A stretch of DNA of 64,000 nucleotides from Camelus dromedarius (taxonomy: Eukaryota): the NCBI RefSeq assembly GCF_036321535.1, contig NC_087437.1:20958001-21022000 (forward strand), read 5' to 3'. Made by a program: the position numbers and the translations under genes. Below the pieces are notes generated by a model. It was not told where the DNA came from, searched no databases, and saw only the letters and a list, made by a program, of their open reading frames with translations. Below are positions 38,998 to 49,543 of this stretch, one piece after another; position 1 is the stretch's first letter; the number at the start of each line of letters is the position of its first letter.

Positions 38998-40710
38998 CAG
39001 AGATTTAGAAAAGGATGTGTGCATAAATATTCAAAAATACTGATTCATGATAACAAAACTTGAACTAACTCAAATGTCTATTATTAAGAGAATGGATTAA
39101 TAGTTTGTGATATACTCTTACAAGCCTTCCAACAGAATGAATGAAAGGCATATTCCACCCTATGAACAGAATGAATGGCATATTCATATAAAAACAGGCA
39201 TGTAGCTCTAAAAACAGTACTGAGAGCAAAAGAGACAGACATGAAAGTGTATACAAGCATTGACACAGCTTTGTAAACTGACTATAACTAAATAAAAAAC
39301 TTGTACATTGCAGTTGATTTCCTTTCCATGAAATTCAGCCCCCACGAATCTGATGGATCCATGATGAGTGTGTGTGTTTCAGTAGAAATGGGACAGAGGT
39401 GTATATTCTGTGTTAATGGCTATGATTCTAACATAATTACTACAGTGGTTCTTCAGATACTGTCAGGTTTTAGAAATTTTAAAGACATATGAAACCGTAA
39501 CTTTCACATGGACACACTTCACACCATTTGTATTGTGTATTGAGATCAACACAAAAGGAAAGAGGGAAGAAAAAGTTACAATTAGACCCTAGTGGAGAGA
39601 ATCACATTTTCGTGACAAACCTCTCCTCTGACACAGCCCCTCTCCCAACACTGACAAGATACCTGACCAATCTAGGATGTCAGTTGCTGGTTGGGTTCCA
39701 GGTAGAATGTTGGTGTGTTCCCAGGGCTTATTGTGGCTGGTGTATCCATGGTAACTGGGCAGAGCCCTGTGGTGGATCAGTGCCATGGAGGGGCTGCCAT
39801 CCTTTGTGGAGCTTGGCTTAAGGCTCTTCTTTGGGAAGCTGAGTGAGTTTGTGGTGTTGCTGCTGCCCAGTGGCCTGAGTTCATGGTTCACTTTCCAGAC
39901 CCTAGAAGGGCGGACAGTGGCATGTCTGCCTGTCATCAGCTTCCTGTTGGGTGTCTTATGTACTTTCAGACTTGCTCAGTCTTGTAGAAGTCGACTTTAT
40001 GGAAAACACAAAGAGAAGTTGGCAAAAATGCTGGCTGCATTGATTGAGGAGAAATACCAACTTATTGACAAGATTGGTGCTGCTAAAAAGGAGAATGCTG
40101 GCATGGAGAAATCTGTAGAGCATGCCAGGCTCAACAGAGATTTATTTAATATACTTAGCCTCACTGATACGTGCAGAAAAGTGATGAGGGTCAATGTGCG
40201 TTTGAGGAAGGAACTCAATTCTCTGGTCCAAGAACTGGTCCAAGATTCCTGTAGTCTAAACAAGAAGAGATGGCAGAGATGCTAAAAGTGCTCAAAAAAA
40301 AAAAAAAAAGAAAGGGTAAAAAGAATAAATGAACAAAACAAAACAAAAAAATATTGGAATTCTTAGAACACATCACGAAATGATGACCTTTTTCTATATT
40401 CAGCAAATGCTTGGGTTATGTCTTCTTAGTGGTGAAAGGAATATGGTAACTGAGCAGAATGTTTAATGAATATTAGAATATTCATTAGGCCTCATTTCTC
40501 AAAAAAGTGTTGGTGACTATTATACACCAGTCATAGAAGTGAACTTTAAAAACTGCTATAAACATGGACGGACACATTTTTTTTGTGGACCTTCTTTTCC
40601 CTAAAGTCAAATCCTGGGTGCAGGATGTCTTGTTGGTGCAGAATTTGTAGGGTTAAATTAATTTTTTCAACTTGCTTGTACCATTAAAAATTCTCATCTT
40701 TGAAAAAAAA
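38998..40710 (+). pseudogene. Retrotransposed insertion carrying an intronless cTAGE5/MIA2-family-like ORF (39785-40285, frameshifted near the C-terminus)
   Basis: TSD AAGAATAAAATTCCAT (38982-38997) / AAGGATAAAATTCCAT (40711-40726), 15/16 identical. ATTAAA at 40683 then poly(A) from 40703. Kozak gtgccATGG. The protein has a hydrophobic TM-like segment then RSRLY..KEKLAKMLAALIEEK, resembling cTAGE5 RSRLY..EKKLALMLSGLIEEK (recalled) and its coiled coil. Confidence 0.82.
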
Positions 40711-41149
40711 AAGGATAAAATTCCATTTCCAATGAGGATCGTAATTACATTAAAATGAAAATATATGTATTTAACCTTCTAATGTGTATTTTCTTATTAT
40801 TTTAGTTTTCAGGGGAATCTAGGGTCAAACAGTTAAACTACAGTTTTCTTAGACTGGTTAACTTGTTTTGCTTTCCTCTGGTTCAGAATGATACGAAGTA
40901 AGAGAATTTCGCTAGAGTATCAGAGACCTGAATTACAGTCATGACTCCATCATTAACTGGCTTTGTGACCTTAAACAAGTCATTTTACTTTCTTAGGCCT
41001 TGCTCACCTGTAAAATAAGGGTGGGTTTAAGAGAGCTAAGGTGTTTTCCAACACTTTGAATTATAATTTATCCTGGCATTTAGCTCTTAACTCAAACCTA
41101 TTGTCTGAAAATTGCCTAAGACTATACTTTGGTGACCAAGCTTAATGGT

Positions 41150-41410
41150 CTGACCCACATGTCTGATGGCTGGTGCTGGCTATTACCTGGACCTCCCTCT
41201 CTTCGCGGTGTTGAGGTTCTAAGAGGGTAAGCCTTACTGCTGCACAGGTGCTTCTTGAGACTCTGCTTGCATAACATTTGCTGATGTCCCATTGGCAAAA
41301 GTCAGTGCCGTGGCCAAAACCAGAGTCAGTGCTGGAGGGGACCATGCAATGGCATAGACCAAGGAAGTATGATTTATTGGAAGCCACTAATATATCCATC
41401 TGCCACAGAA
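41150..41410. mobile_element. MaLR (MLT1-type) LTR fragment
   Basis: Motif tgctgatgtcccattggcaaaagtcag...tggccaaaaccagagtcag, typical of MLT1 LTRs. Confidence 0.6.
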
Positions 41411-43074
41411 ACCAGAACATGTCAATCTAAACCCTGTATACTAGGGCATCTAAGTGTTGCCATTGACTGGATGGCTGTTGTTGATATTTGCCAGAATTTT
41501 TTCAGTCCTCTGGTCCTATTTCATCTTGTATAGGCAGGCACACTTACCACTACTTTTATCTACCCTTTTAGCTATTTCTACGAGTGGCCAAGATTTTGCC
41601 AGTTGGTTATCTGTATCAGGACGAAATTTCTAAGAATATGTTGTGTCTTAAAAATGGGACCCCAATATAATATGGTAGTTATGGATGGTAAGGAAATGCT
41701 TAGAAGTGGTGCTGGATCTAAGAATACTCTTTTTATTTAGAGACCGACAAGATGGTTTCTGTGTCCATAGTTCCTTCATTTCTTTTGTGTTTCCTCTCCT
41801 TGCCTGATTTTAAATTACACATATAGGTAGTTTTTGTAGTTTGCATTCCAAGTCCTAAGTAGGAAGATAAGCTTATCAAAAATTTTAATATAATTAAATT
41901 TTAACAACTTTATTGTTGTGTAATTCACATACCATAAAACTTACCTTTTTAAAGTGTATAGTACAGTGGGTTTTAGTACATTCGAAGTTGTGCAACCATT
42001 ACCACTAATTCCAGAATAAAATTTTAAAGACAGATTTTCTCTCTGTTTTCCTGTTATGCCTTTTCTCTCTGCTTGATACACAAAAATTGATGTATTTTGA
42101 CAGAAAGTTTTTGTTTTTTTACTGTTTCCTAAACGTTTTTCAGTGTTGAACTAAAAGACCAAGATAGGTCATAAGTGAAAAGGTATGAGGTATGATTACG
42201 GCACTTAAAATGAAAATTCTTACTTGATAAAAGAAAGTGAACTGATTTTTTACTTTAGCATTTATCCTTTGTTGAAGCTTTTGTGTTGAATCTTGTAATA
42301 AATTGTCGGTCATATGCAAAACTCTGTCTGCTTCTTAAAACTTGAATTGAGGAAGGAAATGCTTTGTACCAACATGGCAAATACTTCATTATAATAAGAA
42401 CATTTCTGTTTCTTCCTCTCGTACTGCTTTGTTCATTGTACTGTATCCTTCTCTGAGAAATAGAAACTCTTTGGGGAAGTGCTTTGATTTTTTTTTTTTT
42501 TGTGGTATGCATTGTAGCAATGTAAGCAGTGTTTACAATGTTTAGATAAAAGGAAATTTTTAATAAAATTATTTTAATCTCATAAGTCTCAAGTCAGTTT
42601 TCAATATTATTAGTGACGTATGATGTTGATTTACTTTTCTCTTCGGGGAGCTTATACACTCTTATTAAATGCAGATATATCTGCTCAGACCAAACATATG
42701 CTTTATTCATAGTGTTAAAGAAGTTGGGGATTAATTTGCACTATGGTGGTGCATTGCTTCTTACACTGAATGTACTCTGGGTGAAAACATGAATCTGAGT
42801 AAGTACTAAAAAATGCAGTTGCATATAAATACAATTGAGTTTTGGTCTAATCCCCTGATTCAAAATGACCCAGAGAAGGACCTGTTAAGGGGTTATAAGA
42901 AAGTGAGGCACTTTTTTATTCTTTAGAATGTAGAAAAATGCTTTATAAAAATGGATTTTTAAACATCAGCAGATGTAAATTATTTTAAAATGTTTTCTAC
43001 AAATATAATATGTAACAGTGCTAATGATTATACAAAATATGTTTCCTCATATTGTTTTACTTATTTTTTTATAG

Positions 43075-43169
43075 GAAAAGTAGCCATCAAAAAAGAAGAC
43101 TTGTGTAACCATAGTGGCAAAGAAACTTGGTTTTCACTACAGCCTGTTGATTCCAATTCAGAGGTCCAG
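43075..43169 (+). CDS. RASA2: RASA2 coding exon 4 (end of C2A)
   Basis: Acceptor ttattttttttatAG. 95 nt encoding (G)KVAIKKEDLCNHSGKETWFSLQPVDSNSEVQ. Donor GTAAAT at 43170. Lies within track ORF 42990..43187. Confidence 0.96.
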
Positions 43170-44854
43170 GTAAATATTAAGGCTTAAGTGGTAGAAGAGA
43201 TTGTCACACTTAGAATGAGTAAAAAATGAACTAATTATACTAATTCATATATAGAGAGAGCTTATCATAGCTTATTTTAAATTCTGGCACTCAGTATTAT
43301 AGACCTCTGGGTAACATAGCGGGAAGGAAATGCCTTGCCACATGGAATCAAGAAGAATGCATGTGTATGTGCACATGTGTGTGTTTGGGGGCTTATCTAA
43401 AGAGGACACTTTTTTTGGTGTGCTTTAGTTTTGTTTGAGTCACAGTAGCAAATTAACAATTTTCTTAGGGAAAAAGTTTTAAGGGAAAAGATGTATTTTA
43501 TTAATAACTCGGGACTTTGAGGAGAATCCTTAGATATCCGTGCAGAGCCTTCATTCCCATACTCACCCTTCCTGGTGTTCGCCTCTCTTTTTTATTTGAA
43601 AGGATATATCATTACTCTTTTTAAAGCTCTTTTTTCCTCTTGCCAAAATAAGAGGTCTGAAAGATTCTATGTGTGAGTGAAGATGTATGTTTAACCATGT
43701 AGTTTAACTTTTTATTTTCTTTCTGAAAAATCTGAATTGCTCTTAGAAATTGTTATTTCTATCTAAAAGGAATCCTTTTTTTGTAACCCTATTTATTTAT
43801 AAAACATGGTAAGGATTGTGAAACCATTTCCCGAGGGCATCACTGCAAGCAGATTCTTCCTCTCTAAAGGAAGTTATAATTTGCCACTGTGACTCAAACA
43901 GAAGTTTAAGACAAGAAAAAAGTCCTGCACGCACACCCACAGATATTTGCAAATAAAGGGCCTGTGTCTCTATTTCCTCATAACCTTTCAAGCATTCTCT
44001 TTGATTAAGTTGTCAAAAAAAATTAAATATTTGTTTGCTAAGATCCCTTCTTAAGTACAACATATAATTGAAACTTTCCCCTTTTTTCCACTCTACTCCA
44101 TTTTAGTATTCTTTTCTTTCCACTTGGTGATAACTGTATTCCTGTCCCAGTTAATCCTGTATGGTTAACGATCCAGGTGAGAGGCAATGTGATGAAGTGG
44201 AAAGGATGTTAAACTAGAAGTCAGAAAATTTAGGTCCTAATTTTCCTAAGTGGTTATCTTACTGCCCTTGAGTTTTATTTCTGTGAAATGGGAATGAAAG
44301 TTGCCATGCTGACTTACATGGTTGTGAGAATGAAGTGAAATATCTTCAAGAGTATTTTGAAAGCTGTTAATACATACAGATGTAAAACATCTGTTTACCA
44401 CCATTCAGTCAGGTGCCCATTTCCCTCATATGCCTTTACCAAAAGGCTGACATGAAAGTTTTTAAGTGCTAGTTTTTCTTTTTTAATAGTTTGAACAAAA
44501 AAGCAAGATAAGGAAAGGCTTTCAGAATTTGGCCTGAAATGAAATGAGGATCATTTCAAGATACAGTTTATCAGGGTCCATTCTTTTTCTTACGGCCAAT
44601 GTCATCTGCTAAAGGATTTAAGGGACTCAGCTCTCTGAAGGTAGAAATTGCTATAGAATAGTCATTATATAGTTACTGGAAATGGTATTAGAGATCAGTC
44701 ATGAGTAACAGGCTTTTTGATAGTATGCATAAAAGTCATGTCTGAGATATGAAAATCTATAAATAGCATTTTACTGTTAGGTACAATGACATTTTTTATT
44801 TGCTACGAGTTATTTTCATGACCATGAGTAACTAACCTTTACAGCTCTTTTGTC

Positions 44855-45007
44855 CTTTTTTTTTGAAGTTTTTTTTTTTTCTTTTGGAGGGGAGGTAATT
44901 AAGTTTATTTATTTACTTACTTTTAGAGGAGGTACTGGGGTTTGAACCTGGACCATGTGCATGCTAAGCATGCACTCTACCACTTGAACTATATATATCC
45001 TTCTCTC
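44855..45007 (-). mobile_element. tRNA-derived SINE (Vic-1-like)
   Basis: TSD tacagctcttttgtc at 44840-44854 and 45008-45022. T-rich tail, same body as the other copies. Confidence 0.9.
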
Positions 45008-45369
45008 TACAGCTCTTTTGTCTTAAATGATCCTTAATTTGTAAATCTAGTCACTATTTAAAATAAATTTTAGGAAGAAGAGTACATAACACTTTTACGT
45101 ACCATTGAGAATATTGTTGTTTGGCCCCTAAACTGATTAAGAATACTAAATTAGTTTTGTATTAATAAAATTTGAATCTGAAAAAGATAGAAAAGCAGCC
45201 CATGGTTCATCCAAATCCTGTTGTTAATAAATTTGTTCACTTGCATAAATTTTATAAAATTTTACACAAGTATGGAAATATGAGCAATTGATGGAGCTAT
45301 AGAAGAAAGCTATGAGACAGATTGAGTTCAGCAGAAATTTAATAATTACTATTAGTAAGTGTAACAGTA

Positions 45370-45590
45370 TATAACATGCACAGTACTAAATACTTAATAT
45401 ACTTATCTCACTTAACCTTCAGAATAGTGTTATGAGGTGTAGGTAGCATTACCTCCATTTTACAGATGCAGAAAATGGATTCGTAGAGGTTAAATGACAC
45501 CTGCAGGGTCGTAAAACTATTTGGTGGAGCCGTGATTCCATTAGAGAGCTTGTCTGATTCTGAAACTCCTAACCACGGTGCTTACTGCCT
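45370..45590 (-). mobile_element. MIR SINE
   Basis: Core ccattttacagatgcagaaaatggattcgtagaggttaaatgac. Similar MIR copies at ~1385-1625, ~14830-15050, ~18040-18230, ~40900-41070 and ~44180-44390. Confidence 0.75.
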
Positions 45591-48130
45591 TTTACTGTTT
45601 TGTACTGTTGGTCATAAAAAAAGGCTTCAACATAGTGATTAGAAGAATCACTTAGGAAACACCTGAGTATAAGGCACAGAAGCATAACCAAATTAGCTCA
45701 CAGAAAAAGGGAAGGACATTAGAAAGTTCCGAGGGAACTTCTTGGAGTATAATTACAGGAACTTCAATAAGGCCAGTGAGAGCTGGAAAGTGGTCATGCA
45801 TTTATGGAGGGTTTGCATCTTAACTGAAGGTCAGGTTCCTATTATAACAGACTAGATACAGTTCACACAGTCAAAATTATTTTTGAAAGGACTCTGATTT
45901 TTCATAAAGTACACTAAAATATTGGATGGTTGGTTTGCTTTTGGTTAACCACTGCACAAAATAGTTGGCGTGCATCTGGCACCATGGTGAGTGAAAAGTA
46001 TATATTGTATATTTAAAGTATAGACTTTCACTCAGTGCAGCAGTAGATAGTGCAGACGGCACAAGGGAACTGACACCCACCGATTCATTTCTCCCTACTC
46101 ATGTGCTCATTGAGTGTATGAGCTCACTGTTTTGTGTTTTTTCCCTTTCCCTCTTCTTTTGTGAAGTGAATAGTTAATGTTTCTCTCTAGTTTCCCATCT
46201 AATTTTAATAACTATTCACTTTGCAAAGTGAAAGGGAAAGAAAAAGCATCAATGATGAGATTCCACTATATTCTTTTTGTATGTCTGATGAGACTGCATG
46301 TCTCTCCCTTCTGCTTCTCTTTGTAAATCTGCTCTAGTCTGTTGTTGAGAGCTAAAAAATGCCACATCAATCTTTGAGTCTACTTGACCACACAGCTTCC
46401 TCCCTCTCTTAAGATCTGACTCAGTTCTCTGCCACAATTTAGAGAGATTTGGCCAAACTTGAGTCAGATGCCCAGTGCAATGTAATTTGTTATGATTGAG
46501 GAGTAAGGTTTTGGGGCTTTGTATAGGCATGTCCCCTAACACCAAGGGGTTTAGGTAGAGGAAATGACTGATACCTCTACTTCAGAGGGGAAAATGTTTG
46601 ATTTCCTAGTTCTATTTGGCGTTTGTACCCAGAAGAGTTGTTAAACTATTGTTGTCTGAGAATCTTCAACTGTTACATGAGAACTTCAATGTATAGAATT
46701 CCCTTCAGCTCTGGAGTTCTTAGGGAAGAAACGTGTGGAAACTTAATTTAACCCTCAAATGAAAAGATCCCACAGTAGTAAGATGGGTTTTATACCAAAA
46801 CAGCTCAAAAACTGCTAAGAACACTAACTACTTACCTTGAATTGTTTCTCAGATCCTTTATTATTGCTGTTAATGTTAATCATTTTCAGTTTTCTTTTCA
46901 AACATTCAAGACAATATTAATATTTGTGAGTGCATTTTTCTACACTTTCTTTTCTTTTTTTGTTTTGCAGTGTTTCCCTGTGGTTTGAACTATTCTTTTC
47001 TCAACCCACTGTAATCTGCCTTCAGACCCCACAGTGGGTTGGAGGAAGGACACAGATGGCTCTCACTAATGTTACCCATGGCACTGTTACTAAGTCTAGA
47101 GGACCTTTTTTTGTCCTCCTCTTAAATGATCTTCCAGCAGCTTTTGATACTGTTGACCACTCCCTCCTTTTTAAAGAACTTCCTTAGTTTCTGATCCTAG
47201 TTATCATCCTGCTTCACTTAGTGTCCTTTCTCCATGTTATTTTCCATGTAAATGAAGTTAATATGGGTTGTGTTGGTGCCCCTTCCTATAAATCCTCTTT
47301 TGCCTTAAGTGATCTGCAGCCATGCTTTTAGCTATTTGGTCCTGGAACTATCAACGAACTTTAAATATATTTCCTTTCTTTATTTTTCTTTTTTAGGTCC
47401 TATGTTAAAGAGCATGCCTTTACATAAAACGATTAAACTTAATCTCTCATATGGAGAAATTGTTGCTCTCATTAATTAAGGGTGTTTATCTCACACAACT
47501 TGTACAAGCAGTAAATCCAGATGCACTCAGTCACATCCTTTTGATGTAATTACTTAGTCAATAAGTCTTTATCAACAAGCTTATCTTGAATTTCTGGATC
47601 ATGCCATAAGTTGTTGATGGTTTCATTGAATTTTATTTGGGGGGGTGGTAATATGGCCTCTGTCCTACTTATTTAAAACAAGCATTTAAAAATGCAGTGA
47701 TGATAGCTAATAATGCATGTATCAGGTTTTTTTTTTACATGCCCAATTAAGACATAATGAGTATAAAGGTATAATTCACTGTTACAGATTTATTTTAAAA
47801 AACTTCATTTGTAAATCTGTAAACATGAAATAATAAAGGAATGCGTCATTCTAGATCATAATAAGTACTTCTTTAAAGAGAAAACAAATCCATCCATAAA
47901 CAGATATTAAGTAAAACTTTTATTTTTCCAACTGTTAGGCAGTTCTGTCCAAAATGATTCGCAGAGTTAATTACTATATATAAAAACATCTGTTAGAAAT
48001 CTGGAAATGTGCTTCATGTGAAGAAAAAATTTTACCAGTTGAAATATACTGAGATCTTTTATGTGGGATGGTTGTTAAAATTTAATGTTTTGTGATTAAA
48101 AAGTGAAAAGATGTTTAGACTCATGGGGTG

Positions 48131-48446
48131 TTTTTTTTTAACTGAAGTATAGTTAATTTACAATGTTGTATTTGATTCTGGTGTACAGCATAGTGATTCA
48201 GTTATATGTATATATTCTTTTTCATATTCTTTTTCATTATGTTATTACAAGTATTGAATAGAGTTCCCTGTGCTATACAGTAGGACCTTGTTGTTTATCT
48301 ATTTTGTATGCAGAAGTTTGTATGTGCTAATCCCAGACTCCTAATTTATCCATCCCTCCCTTCCCTTTCCCCTTCAATAACTGTAAGTTTGTTTTCTATG
48401 TCTGTGAGTCTGTTTCTGTTTTGTAAGTAAGTTCATTTGTGTCATC
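48131..48446 (-). mobile_element. LINE-1 3' UTR fragment (somewhat older artiodactyl-type subfamily)
   Basis: ttaactgaagtatagttaatttacaatgttg...ttccctgtgctatacagtagg. TSD tagactcatg at 48116-48125 and 48447-48456. Confidence 0.85.
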
Positions 48447-49386
48447 TAGACTCATGAGGTTTTTAAGTGTGTGCATTGTGTTTTGCCCAGATACCTATGT
48501 TCATCTGAATTTCTCAAATTTTATGCATCAGTTCACATGATACCTTCTTTATGGTACCAAGAATATACACAATATAAAGTTAAAATAATTACAGCCTTTT
48601 CTATGTGAAATTTTCATAAAAGTAACCGAAATCAAGTTAGCACATAAACCTTCAGACAGTACCAGAGAAATATAAGTTCCTAAATATGCTGCCTAATACA
48701 AATTAATGTGATATAATTGTATATGTTAACCTAATATCATTAATGATATGAAATAGAGAGAGAATAATACCTTCCAAGAATTTGGTTTATTTTTAAATTA
48801 TAGAATATAATGTCCGATATTTGATTTTCCATTATTTTTCTGACATATATAAAATAGGTACACTGTTTTGTCCCTGAACCTACCTTAGGAGGTTGGAAAA
48901 TAAGAAAGCAGTTGTGGACCAAATCACCTTGCATGTTTATCGCCAAATATAGTTCCTTGTCAGTGTCTTAACAGTTACTTCTTGGCAAGTAATGTCTGTT
49001 TTTCTCTAGTTGCCTTTAAGATTTTCTCTTTATCTTCTGTTTTCAGTTTTACTATGCTGTGCCTACTTGTGGCTTTCTTTGTATTTGTCATAGTTGGGTG
49101 TTCCTAGGGGCTCTTGACTGCTATGCCTTGATGTCTTTTTTCAGTTTAGGAAAATTCCAGGCAATTATCTCCTCATCTTTTTCCCCTGGTCTTTCTTTCT
49201 CCTCTCTTCTAGAACTTCAGTTACATGAATAATAGACCATTTTACTATGTCTCATGTGTCTCTTACGCTCTTTCCCTCTCTGACTAATCTGTCTCCTATT
49301 TCACCAGTTCTCTTTTCAGCTGTAGCTAATCGGCTGTTAAATACACACTCATTTTGGTTATTTTATTGCTCAATTCTAAATTTTTT

Positions 49387-49543
49387 AAACTCCTTTCTTT
49401 TTAATTTTATTTATTTATTTATTTTTATTTTGAGGGGAGGAAGTAGTTAGATTTATTTATTTTTAGAGGAGGTACTTGGGATTGAACTCAGGACCTTGTG
49501 CTTGCTAAGCATAAACTACCACTTGAGCTATACCCTCCCTCCT
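49387..49543 (-). mobile_element. tRNA-derived SINE (Vic-1-like)
   Basis: Body ggaggtacttgggattgaactcaggacc...cacttgagctataccctccc. TSD aattctaaattttt / aattctgaattttt. Confidence 0.88.
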
